DNA of 64,000 nucleotides from an uncultured Acidobacteriota bacterium. GTDB taxonomy: Bacteria > Acidobacteriota > Polarisedimenticolia > J045. How positions within the stretch are numbered: the first letter of the stretch is position 1; each line of letters opens with the position of its first letter. The notes beneath the pieces are model-generated. The model was given only the letters and a program-made list of their open reading frames with translations, was not told the origin of the DNA and searched no databases. The DNA lies in NCBI GenBank assembly GCA_963702425.1, contig CAVPCQ010000036.1:13937-77936 (forward strand), in the 5' to 3' direction. A program made the translations under genes and the position numbers. Below, one piece after another: positions 10,101 through 18,742 of the stretch.

Positions 10101-11129
10101 TCATAGTGCCATGTCGATCGACTTCAGCCAGAGCGCCAGCCCGAGCGCCGCGACCAGCAGCGCCCCGAGGATCCCGAGCGCCCAGGCCGGCGGGACCATC
10201 GTCAGCGCCAGACCCGCCCCACCGAGCAGGACGCTGGCCGCGACGTTGGCGCGCACCGTCGCCGGCACCGACAGCCGCCAGCGCCGCAGCCGCAGCGCGA
10301 CATGGTCGGGGCTGCCGAGCATCACCGGCATTCCGCGCCGCCAGCGGATCCAGATCACGAACAGCATGTCGAACAGCGGCACCCCGAGGATCAGCAGCGG
10401 GGCCAGCACGCCGAGCGGGTCGATCCGGGTGTAGGAGTTGGCGATCGCCAGCGCGCCGAGCAGGAAGCCGGTGAAGAGGCTGCCGGTGTCGCCGAGGTAG
10501 ATCTTCGCGGGGTGCACGTTGTAGCGCCGGAAGCCGATCAGCGCCCCGGCGAGCGCCGCGCCCAGGAAGGCGGTCGTCAGCCGCCCGTCGGCGAAGGCGA
10601 TCACCCCGAAGAAGGCCGCCGCCACCGCGCCGACCCCCGACGACAGCCCGTCCATGATGTCGATCAGGTTGAAGGCGTTGGTCGCGGCGACGATCCAGAG
10701 CACGCTCAGCGGGATCGCGACCCAGGCCGGCAGGTAGGTCAACTGGATGTAGACGCCGGCCTTGACCAGCACCAGCGCGGCCAGCACCTGGCCCCCCAGC
10801 TTGGAGCCCGGGTCGAGCCGCACCAGGTCGTCGATCAGCCCCAGCACCAGCATGATCGAGCTGCCGAGCAGGATCGCCAGCCCCGCGTGATCGAACTGGT
10901 AGGTCAGGCCGAGCGCGAACAGGACCCCCAGCGCCACCGCCAGCCCGCCGAGGTAGGCCACCGGCTCGCGCTGCGTCTTGAGTCGGCCGTCCGGCGCGTC
11001 GACGATCCCCAGCCGCAGCGCCGCGGCGCGCAGCCGCGGCGTGGCGAAGAGCGCCGTGAAGAAGGCAACGGCGAAGGCCAGCACCATCTGCACGTCGTCG
11101 CGCAGGAGATCGGGCGGCAACGGGCTCAC
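10101..11129 (-). CDS. WecA/TagO-like undecaprenyl-phosphate HexNAc-1-P transferase (MraY family)
   Basis: Polytopic membrane protein with YLGGLA, GLIDD, NAFNLIDIMDGL, IYLGDTGS. GTG start overlaps the GT2 stop. Confidence 0.9.
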   Translation of the reverse strand: MSPLPPDLLRDDVQMVLAFAVAFFTALFATPRLRAAALRLGIVDAPDGRLKTQREPVAYLGGLAVALGVLFALGLTYQFDHAGLAILLGSSIMLVLGLIDDLVRLDPGSKLGGQVLAALVLVKAGVYIQLTYLPAWVAIPLSVLWIVAATNAFNLIDIMDGLSSGVGAVAAAFFGVIAFADGRLTTAFLGAALAGALIGFRRYNVHPAKIYLGDTGSLFTGFLLGALAIANSYTRIDPLGVLAPLLILGVPLFDMLFVIWIRWRRGMPVMLGSPDHVALRLRRWRLSVPATVRANVAASVLLGGAGLALTMVPPAWALGILGALLVAALGLALWLKSIDMAL

Positions 11130-12130
11130 GGCATCGCCTCCCGCGGCAGCGGCCAGATGCCGCGGCGCGGCACGGCGCGGCGCCAGGGGCCGAAGTGCCC
11201 GCGGCGCGAGGCGTCGGCGCGGCGCTTGGCCAGCGCGCGGCGAAAGGCGTCGCGGTGGCCCGCCACCAGCCGCAGCGCGGCCGGTCTCTTCGCCAGCAGC
11301 GCCGACCAGAGCGCCAGGTCGCGCCCGAGGATGAACGGCGCATCGACGAGCAGCGCGCCGAGCCGATCGTGGCGCAGCATCGCCAGGTAGCGGTTCTTGA
11401 CGATGTGCGCCGTCAGCCAGGCCGGCCGCGCGACGGCCCGGCCGAGCGCCCCGGCCGCGGCCCCGCCGCTGCGCAGGTGGACCGCGGTCGCACCGGGAAC
11501 GTAGACCGCCGACCAGCCGGCCCGCCAGGCGCGCCAGCCGACCTCGAGGTCCTCGTGGAAGGCGAAGTAGTCGGGGTCGAAGAAGTCGTCGCCGTCGCTG
11601 ACGTCGTCGATCATCGCGCGGCGGTAGAGCGCGGCCGCGCCGCAGGCCGAGAGGACCGGGCCCGCGCACTCGGCCGACGCCGCGAGCGGCGCGCCGTAGC
11701 CGCGGTCGATCACCTTGCGGCTGCGCGCCAGGAACTGCCCGGCGCTGTCGACCGTCGTCCCGTCGGCGCGCATCAGCCGCCCGGCGACGATCCCGACCCG
11801 CGCGTCGTCGAAGGCCGGCAGGGCGCGCACGAGGAAGTCCCTGGCCAGCCGCGCGTCGGGGTTGAGCAGCAGCAGGAACTCGCCCCGCGCCAGCGCCAGC
11901 GCGCGGTTGTAGCCGCCGGCGTACCCCTCGTTGCGCTCGAAGCGGACCACCCGCACCCGCCCCGGGAAGCGCAGCGCGACCTCGTCCGCGGTCCCGTCCT
12001 CCGAGGCGTTGTCGGCGACCAGCACCTCGGGCGTCGCGCCTTCCTGGGCCAGCGCCGAGGCGACGGCCTCGCCGACCAGGGAACGTGAGTTCCACGTGAG
12101 GATGACGACGCTGACCTTCGGAGCTTCCAT
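11126..12130 (-). CDS. Glycosyltransferase family 2
   Basis: VSVVILTWN, DNASEDGT, LLNPDA, FHEDLE. Confidence 0.92.
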   Translation of the reverse strand: MEAPKVSVVILTWNSRSLVGEAVASALAQEGATPEVLVADNASEDGTADEVALRFPGRVRVVRFERNEGYAGGYNRALALARGEFLLLLNPDARLARDFLVRALPAFDDARVGIVAGRLMRADGTTVDSAGQFLARSRKVIDRGYGAPLAASAECAGPVLSACGAAALYRRAMIDDVSDGDDFFDPDYFAFHEDLEVGWRAWRAGWSAVYVPGATAVHLRSGGAAAGALGRAVARPAWLTAHIVKNRYLAMLRHDRLGALLVDAPFILGRDLALWSALLAKRPAALRLVAGHRDAFRRALAKRRADASRRGHFGPWRRAVPRRGIWPLPREAMP

Positions 12131-12167
12131 CGCTCGTGGGAACGCTAGGCGCGCGGCAGGCGGGGGG

Positions 12168-15100
12168 TCAAGGGGCCGCCGCCAGCACCTGCCGCTCGCT
12201 CTCGCCCAGGGTCAGCAGCTGGCGCGACCAGGCGCTGTCGGGCCGGGCCCCTTCGAGCGCCGCGATCCGGCGGCGCGTTTCGTCGAGCGCGGCCCGCGCG
12301 CCGGCGGGGTCGCCCAGCTCGCCGAGCACGCGGGCCAGGTCGACACGCGCCCCGAGGTAGTTCGGCTCGTCGGCCAGCGCGCGCTCCAGCTCGACGCGGG
12401 CGGCGGCGGTGTCGCCGGTGGCGGCGAGCAGCCGCGCGAGGGCCCGGCGGCCCTGCACGTCGCTGGGGCGGCGAGCCAGAACTTCTCGCCAGGTGCCGAG
12501 CGCGGCGCGGCAGGTGTCCTCGGTCGGCAGCGGGCCGAGGCACGCCGCCTGCAGCACGCGCGCCGCCTCGGCGCGCGGCACCGCGTTGCGCGGCGCGTCG
12601 AGCTCGGCCCGGGTGGTGTGGTCGAAGGCGCGGGCGAGGCGCTCGGCCGGCGGGCCGGCGGCAGCGCGGGCGGCGGCGATCTCGTAGGCCGCGCGCGGGG
12701 GATCGAGCGCGGCGGCCAACTCCGGCGCACCGGCGCGCCGGGCGCGGTCGGCGGCCCACGGCCAGGCCTCGCCGGCGAGCAGCGCGACCAGCGCGGCGAC
12801 GGAGAGCGCGGCGCGCAGCGCCGTCGAGGGGGTGCGGCGCGCGTCGGGCGGCTGCGCGCGGCCGGCCAGCGCGCCGAGGAACAGCGCGGCCGTCAGGCCG
12901 ACCGCGGGGCGCGCACCGAGGAGATCGTCGACCAGCGCGTGGGCGGCCAGCGCCGCCAGGCCCGCCGCGAGGCCGAGCAGCCAGGGGCGCCCGGCGTCGC
13001 CGCGCAGCGCGGAGCGCGCGCGTCCGAGCGTCGGCAGCAGCGCGACCAGGGCGAGCGCCGCGCCGGCGACGCCGAGCGCGAGCAGCAGCCCGAGCAGGTC
13101 CGAGTGCGGCCCGGAGAAAGCGCGTCCGTAGCGCGCGATCGGTCCGGGATCGGGGAAGGCGTAGGACGGCGCGAGCGGCGCGAAGCCGCCGGGGCCGAAG
13201 CCCGCCAGCGGTCGGTCAGGCAGCGCACCGAGTGCGGCCGGCCAGATCGAGAAGCGCGTCCAGGCGAACGGGGCGCCGCGGGAGAAGCGCCACAGGACCG
13301 CCACCGTGCCGACGACGACCCCGCCGCCAGCCAGCGCCAGCGCGGCGCGGCGCGCGGCGCGGTGCTCGGAGAAGAGGGCCAGCACGGCACCGCCCGCGAC
13401 CAGCGCGATCAGCGAGGCACGCGCCCCGGCCACCAGCCCAACCGCGGCCAAGATCGCCCCGGCGGCGAAGCGCCTCCCCGCCAGCCGCTCGCCCGCCCCG
13501 CGCCCCGGCAACGCGGAGCCCGACAGTGCGAGCCCGACGGCGACGAGCCAGCTCCCGAGGTGACCGGCGTGAAAGAAGTCGGCCACCGGGCGCCCGTCCG
13601 CCGAGAGTCCGAAGGGGGGCGGCCAGGCGGCCACGTTGAGCCCGGCCGCCAGCGCCGCGCGCTGCAGCAGCGCCAGCGCCGCGGCGATCGCGGCCGCGAC
13701 CGCGGTCAGCGTGACGAGCGCGCGCGGCCAAGCCTCCCGCACGGACGCCAGGCGCCACGACAGCGCCAGTGCGGCGAGCGCCCAGAGCAGGGCGAGGAGA
13801 CCGTCCCGCGACGCGGCGCGCTCGGGCGAGAGGGCGGCCGAGAGGGCGGCCCAGAGCGCGAGCGGGGCCCACCAGAGCAGCCCGGACGGCCATTCCCGGG
13901 GGTCCTGCGACGGATCGCTCCCCGGCGCTGCGGGGCGCGGCCAGAGCGCGACCAGGAGCGCCGCAGCGAGCAGCGCAGCCCGACCGAGCAGCGGCCCGGG
14001 GAGCGCCGTCCCCTCGCCCCACGGCGCGAGCAGCACCAGCGCGGCCAGCGCGAGCGCCTCCGCCGGGGCCGCGCCCTGCGCCGCGCCGGCGGCGAGTCCG
14101 ATCGGCCCGCCGGGTGGCGCGACCGGCGCAAGCCGGCGCGCCGTGACCAGCGCGGCCGCGGCCAGCCAGGCGCACAACAGCAGCGTCTCCCATGCGGTCG
14201 AGCGCGGCGCGCGCGGCGCGGCTTTCTCGCCGCCGTAGGCCACCGGCGTCGAGAGCATTCCCGCGCGACGGAACGACTCCTCGAGCGACGCGATCTTCGC
14301 GGCGAGTGCGCGGTCCGCCGGGTGGCGAGCCTGGGCCAGCCGCAAGAAGCGCCACGCGTCGCCGCCGCGCCCGTCGAGCAGCGCGGCCTCGCCGAGCAGC
14401 CGCCAGCCCGTCGGCGAGGCCGGGTCGCGCCGCGCCACCCGCGCCGCCAGTGCGGTCGCCCCACCGCGCAGCGCCGGATCGCCGGGAGCGGCGGCGAGGG
14501 CCAGCGCCGCGGCGCGCGCGGAAACGGTGGTCGAGAACGGGGCCCAGCGCGCCGCGGCGAGCGCCTCGCGGGCCGCCTCCCGGGCGGCCGGCGCGCCCGC
14601 CGCCGCGGGGCTGCCCGCGGCGTACCACCTCTCCTCGGCTCGCTCGAGGCCGCGGCGCGCCAGCGCGTCGCCACCCAGCACGACGCCGGCAGCGAGCAGC
14701 GCGAACGCGGCGACGACGTTCCCGACGCGCGCCCGAGGCGGATCTGCTCCGCCGCCCTCGTCCTCGCGCGCGAAGGCCAGCCCCGCGAGCGTCATCGCCG
14801 CGACCGCCACGCCGGGCAGGTAGGCCGTGAAGTCGACCAGGTTGTGGGCCGCAAAGGCCGCCGTCCCGGCCAGCGCCCAGCGCTGGTCGGCCGGCAGGCC
14901 GGCGCGCGCGCGGCGCACGATCAGCCACGCCGCGGCAGCCAACAGGACGAGTGCCGGAAGCCCCCCCTCGCCCGCGAGCTGCAGCCAGGAGTCGTGCGCG
15001 TAGAGCGTCTCGATGTCCTGCGGCCGTCGCACCGCCGGGTAGAGCGACGCGAAGCTGCCGAGCCCGGTCCCCGCGACCGGCTGGTGCAACGCGGTCAGGA

Positions 15101-15947
15101 CGCCGCCGCGCCAGTTGCCGGCGCGCATCGCCAGCGGGTGCTCGGGCCGCGAGAGGTCGAAGACCGGCCCGGGACGCAGTGCGACCAGCGCCGCCCCGAG
15201 AGCAAGGACGAGAACGAGCGCAGCCCACGCCGCGCGGCGCCGCGCAAGCGTGCGCCACGGAAACGCGACCAGCGCGCCCGCGGCGAGCCCCACGAGCCCG
15301 CCCAGCGAGCCGGTCGCCACGAGCGCGGCGCCGGCGAGCGCGAGGCCGGGCGCGATCCAGCGCCACGACACGCCGCGCGCGGCCAGCGCGAGCAGCGCTG
15401 CGAGCGCGAGCACCAGCGCCCCGGCCAGCGCGGCCGGGACGAGGTGCGTCGCGAAGGGACGGTTCTCGGCGAGCCGCGCGACCACCAGCGCCGGCAGACC
15501 CTGCTCGCGCGCGGCGGCTTCTTCGAGCGCGAGCAGGCCAGCCCGCTGCGCGACCGCGAACGCCCCGAGGCCGGCCCCGACGGCGCCCAGCGCGCCGAGC
15601 GGCAGGGTCGCACTGGACCGCCCGACGAGCAGCCCGAGCGCCAGCGCGCCGGCCGGCAGCGCGAGGCGGGCCGCGACCTCGAGCGTACGCCCGGGCGCCA
15701 CCGAGACCGCGAGGTTGAAGGCGACGAAGGCCAGTGCGAGCAGCGGCGCTCCGGGAGCCAGCCGGCGCGGCAGGACCAGCAGCCCGGCCGCGAGCAGGAG
15801 CGCGACCAGCGGCCCGGTCCCCGGCTGGACCTCGGGTGGCCAAGCCAGCGCGAGCGCGACCGCCACCGCGAGCGCGGCGCCGGCCCAGGCGGCACTCGCC
15901 GCGGCGCCGGGCCGGGAGCCTCCTGCTCGCGCCGCGTCGTCCATCAC
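12168..15947 (-). CDS. Large membrane protein with two tandem O-antigen ligase/O-oligosaccharyltransferase (Wzy_C-like) modules, each followed by TPR-like helices
   Basis: Module 1: RAGNW...PVAGTGLGSF...AHDSWLQLAGEGG...HNLVDF. Module 2: RFSIW...PLAGFGPGGF...PHSDLLGLLLALG...HALVDD. C-terminal TPR (ALADEPNYLGARVDLA). Confidence 0.8.
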   Translation of the reverse strand: MMDDAARAGGSRPGAAASAAWAGAALAVAVALALAWPPEVQPGTGPLVALLLAAGLLVLPRRLAPGAPLLALAFVAFNLAVSVAPGRTLEVAARLALPAGALALGLLVGRSSATLPLGALGAVGAGLGAFAVAQRAGLLALEEAAAREQGLPALVVARLAENRPFATHLVPAALAGALVLALAALLALAARGVSWRWIAPGLALAGAALVATGSLGGLVGLAAGALVAFPWRTLARRRAAWAALVLVLALGAALVALRPGPVFDLSRPEHPLAMRAGNWRGGVLTALHQPVAGTGLGSFASLYPAVRRPQDIETLYAHDSWLQLAGEGGLPALVLLAAAAWLIVRRARAGLPADQRWALAGTAAFAAHNLVDFTAYLPGVAVAAMTLAGLAFAREDEGGGADPPRARVGNVVAAFALLAAGVVLGGDALARRGLERAEERWYAAGSPAAAGAPAAREAAREALAAARWAPFSTTVSARAAALALAAAPGDPALRGGATALAARVARRDPASPTGWRLLGEAALLDGRGGDAWRFLRLAQARHPADRALAAKIASLEESFRRAGMLSTPVAYGGEKAAPRAPRSTAWETLLLCAWLAAAALVTARRLAPVAPPGGPIGLAAGAAQGAAPAEALALAALVLLAPWGEGTALPGPLLGRAALLAAALLVALWPRPAAPGSDPSQDPREWPSGLLWWAPLALWAALSAALSPERAASRDGLLALLWALAALALSWRLASVREAWPRALVTLTAVAAAIAAALALLQRAALAAGLNVAAWPPPFGLSADGRPVADFFHAGHLGSWLVAVGLALSGSALPGRGAGERLAGRRFAAGAILAAVGLVAGARASLIALVAGGAVLALFSEHRAARRAALALAGGGVVVGTVAVLWRFSRGAPFAWTRFSIWPAALGALPDRPLAGFGPGGFAPLAPSYAFPDPGPIARYGRAFSGPHSDLLGLLLALGVAGAALALVALLPTLGRARSALRGDAGRPWLLGLAAGLAALAAHALVDDLLGARPAVGLTAALFLGALAGRAQPPDARRTPSTALRAALSVAALVALLAGEAWPWAADRARRAGAPELAAALDPPRAAYEIAAARAAAGPPAERLARAFDHTTRAELDAPRNAVPRAEAARVLQAACLGPLPTEDTCRAALGTWREVLARRPSDVQGRRALARLLAATGDTAAARVELERALADEPNYLGARVDLARVLGELGDPAGARAALDETRRRIAALEGARPDSAWSRQLLTLGESERQVLAAAP

Positions 15948-15974
15948 GTCGATTCTCCCCGAGACCGGGCCCCG

Positions 15975-16004
15975 AAAAAAGCGAAAGGCGGCCCACCGGC
16001 CGCC
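15975..16004 (-). terminator. Intrinsic terminator after the second pilin
   Basis: Minus strand GGCGGCC-GGTG-GGCCGCC hairpin followed by TTTCGCTTTTTT. Confidence 0.7.
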
Positions 16005-16041
16005 CCTGCGAATCGAGTTGGGCCGCCTGCCGGGCCGCCCG

Positions 16042-16527
16042 TCAGCTCTCCGGGCTGGCCGTGAAGAGGCCGTCCACCATCAGGATGTCGCACTCGAACT
16101 GGCTCCGGGTGGCATTCGAGATGTCGGCCGGCCCGTCGACCCCGTCGCGGCCGAAGCTCTCGACGGTGTAGTGCGACTGATCCGTGTTGTAGACCAGGTT
16201 GTTCATCCAGGCGTCCTGCACCGACAGGTCCTTGAAGACGTTCGGGCGCAGGGCGTTGCGCAGCACGTTCCCCTGGATCCCGTCGGTCGGCAGGTACCCG
16301 AAGTCGGCGCCGTAGGCCATGATCGCGCCCGCCACCGACCGGATGTTGGTCATCGTGCGGCGCTGCCTTGACTTGTCGAGGGCGGATTGGAGGTTGACGA
16401 CAGCGATCGAGGCCAGGATGCCGATGATCGCGACGACGACCAGGAGTTCCACCAGCGTGAAACCTCGATCCCTGGGGATGGGCTGACCGTCGGGTTGGCC
16501 AGACCTCTTGCTGTGCGGCCGCGTCAT
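16042..16527 (-). CDS. Second type IV pilin / GspG-like pilin
   Basis: AAGGAG SD, class III signal RG|FTLVELLVVVAIIGILASIA, GspG-like DAW...YTVESFGRDG, C-terminal Ser. Confidence 0.88.
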   Translation of the reverse strand: MTRPHSKRSGQPDGQPIPRDRGFTLVELLVVVAIIGILASIAVVNLQSALDKSRQRRTMTNIRSVAGAIMAYGADFGYLPTDGIQGNVLRNALRPNVFKDLSVQDAWMNNLVYNTDQSHYTVESFGRDGVDGPADISNATRSQFECDILMVDGLFTASPES

Positions 16528-16580
16528 CGTCGGGCTCCTTCGCATGTGCGCGGTACGCCGGGCCTGTCGCGGGGCGAAGC

Positions 16581-16606
16581 GGGGCGCGGGCCGTGCCCGC
16601 GCCCCA
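16581..16606. terminator. GC-rich hairpin between the two pilin genes (attenuator or mRNA stabiliser)
   Basis: GGGGCGCGGGC-CGT-GCCCGCGCCCC inverted repeat with no U-tract. Confidence 0.45.
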
Positions 16607-16620
16607 CGTCGCGAATCAGG

Positions 16621-17076
16621 CTAGCGCTGCTGACCTTCCGGCCACTGGACGAACACGCCGTTGCTGAAGAAGATGTCGGCGTCGAACGTCTGCGTCGGGC
16701 CGCCGGTTCCGACGAGGCCATCGTCGACGTTGCCCTTGGCGTAGGACTGGATCGTGTACTCGGAGCCGTCGGCGCATTCGAACTGCATCACGCCGCTCCA
16801 ACCGTCCTTGGTCGGGGTCTTCTTGATGTAGGTCGGCTCGATCTCCATCGCTCCCACCGCACCGTCCACGACGCCGGTGTAGACCGGGTAGAAGTTGAAA
16901 TCGACGGAGTAGCTCTCGACCGCCGTGCCCACCGACCGCATGTCGGCCATCGTCCGCTTCTGCTTGCCGCGGTCGATCGCGTTGAGCAGGTTCGGGATTG
17001 CGATGGCGGCGATGATGCCGATGATGGCGACCACGATGAGAAGCTCGATCAGGGTGAAGCCACGGTCCTTCTTCAT
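16621..17076 (-). CDS. pilA: Probable major type IVa pilin
   Basis: GGAGG SD, MKKDRG|FTLIELLIVVAIIGIIAAIAIP, directly downstream of pilSR, with a sigma54 promoter. Confidence 0.9.
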   Translation of the reverse strand: MKKDRGFTLIELLIVVAIIGIIAAIAIPNLLNAIDRGKQKRTMADMRSVGTAVESYSVDFNFYPVYTGVVDGAVGAMEIEPTYIKKTPTKDGWSGVMQFECADGSEYTIQSYAKGNVDDGLVGTGGPTQTFDADIFFSNGVFVQWPEGQQR

Positions 17077-17110
17077 GCTCGTCACCTCCCTTGGGTTCCG
17101 ACCTCTCGTT

Positions 17111-17126
17111 TGCAACCCTGGTGCCA
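17111..17126 (-). promoter_or_regulatory. Sigma54 (-24/-12) promoter of pilA
   Basis: Minus strand TGGCAC-CAGGG-TTGCA is a perfect consensus and lies next to the PilR enhancer-binding protein gene. Confidence 0.9.
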
Positions 17127-17286
17127 GCTCGTCCCGTTCCCCCGCGGGGGTTGCAACTTCACGCTGCCCAATATGTTGCCCGGATCGGGCAGATGCCAGT
17201 CGGGGCTCGGAGGCTCGCGCCTGACATCGGGCGGCCGTCGGGCTGACGCGGAGTGTCAGTCCGGCGGGGGGGGCCGAGCGGACCAA

Positions 17287-18741
17287 TCAGCCCCGCCCGG
17301 TGCGGCTTCCCACGGGGTCCCGGGCCTCGTCCCAGAGCCGCTCGGGGGCCTCCCCGGAGGGATCTTCGGCGATCCCGGACTCGCGCCCGGTCAGGCCGAA
17401 TTTCTTGGCGAAGTACCGGAAGGAGCGAAACGTCATGCCGAGCCGTTCGGCGGCCCGGGTCTGGACCCCCCCCGCCTGGTCGAGCGCGGCGGCCATGTAG
17501 CGGCACCGTTCCTCGTCCAGGTACTGCTCGAGATCCACAGCGGCCGGGAGGCGCGGCCGGTCCCTCGGACCCGCCGGCGCCGCCCCGGTCACCTCGGGCG
17601 GCAGGCTGTCGTGCTGGAGGAGGTCGCCCGTGGAGAGGGCCACCGCCCGCTCGATCACGTTCTCCAGCTCGCGGATGTTCCCCGGCCAGCGGTAGCGCGA
17701 CAGCGCCTCGACGAAGGCCGGCTCGGCCCCCGCCAGCGTGCGCCCCATCCGTTGCCCGTGCTTGGCGGCGAAGACCTGCACGAACTCCGCGACGTCCTCG
17801 ATCCGCGTCCGGAGCGGCGGCATGGCGACCTGGATCACGTTGATCCGGTAGTAGAGGTCCTCGCGGAAGTCGCCGCACTGCACCAGCATCTCGAGGTCGC
17901 GGTGCGTCGCGCAGATCACGCGGACGTCGACCGGGATCTCCTCGTTGCCGCCGACACGACGGATCGTCCGTTCCTGCAGCACACGCAACAGCTTGGCCTG
18001 CATCGCGGCCGGCATGTCCCCGATCTCGTCGAGGAAGAGCGTCCCCCCTTCGGCCGCCTCGAGCAGCCCCGGCCGCGCGCGGTCGGCGCCGGTGAACGCC
18101 CCCTTGACGTGCCCGAACAGCTCCGACTCGAGCAGCTCCGCCGGGATTGCCGCGCAGTTGATGCCGACGAACGGCCGGGCGGCGCGCGGCGATGCGCCGT
18201 GGATCGTGCGGGCGACGACCTCTTTCCCGGTCCCCGATTCGCCGGTGATGAGGACCGTGCTCTCGGTCCCGGCGACGCGCGACACCAGCTCGCGTACGCG
18301 CTGGATGCTCGGGGAGCGGCCGAGGATCTCGATGTTGACGGCCAGCCGCTCCTTCAGGCGCCGGTTCTCGTCGGACAGCCGCCGCGCCGAAAGCGCGTTC
18401 CGGACGTGCAGCCGCATCTCCTCGACGTTGAACGGCTTCTCCAGGTAGTTGACCGCGCCGTGGCGCATCGCCTCGATCGCGGTCTCCTTGGAGCCGAAGG
18501 CGGTGATGACGATCGCGGGGGTCTCGGGGCTGACGCTCGACGAGCGGCGCAGCAGCTCGACGCCGTCCATCTCGGGCATCGAGAGATCGGTGATCAGGAG
18601 GTCGACGGCCTCGCGCGACAGCACGCCGAGCCCCTCCTCGCCCGACGCCGCGACCCGCACCAGATGACCGTCCGCGCGCAGCACCGCGCGCAGCATCTCG
18701 CGGATGCCGGGCTCGTCATCGACGACCAGGACCAGCGCCAC
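17287..18741 (-). CDS. pilR: Sigma54-dependent response regulator
   Basis: Receiver domain, GESGTGKE, GAFTGA, LFLDEIGD, WPGNIREL, C-terminal HTH (GMTFRSFRY). Confidence 0.92.
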   Translation of the reverse strand: MALVLVVDDEPGIREMLRAVLRADGHLVRVAASGEEGLGVLSREAVDLLITDLSMPEMDGVELLRRSSSVSPETPAIVITAFGSKETAIEAMRHGAVNYLEKPFNVEEMRLHVRNALSARRLSDENRRLKERLAVNIEILGRSPSIQRVRELVSRVAGTESTVLITGESGTGKEVVARTIHGASPRAARPFVGINCAAIPAELLESELFGHVKGAFTGADRARPGLLEAAEGGTLFLDEIGDMPAAMQAKLLRVLQERTIRRVGGNEEIPVDVRVICATHRDLEMLVQCGDFREDLYYRINVIQVAMPPLRTRIEDVAEFVQVFAAKHGQRMGRTLAGAEPAFVEALSRYRWPGNIRELENVIERAVALSTGDLLQHDSLPPEVTGAAPAGPRDRPRLPAAVDLEQYLDEERCRYMAAALDQAGGVQTRAAERLGMTFRSFRYFAKKFGLTGRESGIAEDPSGEAPERLWDEARDPVGSRTGRG

Positions 18742-18742
18742 G

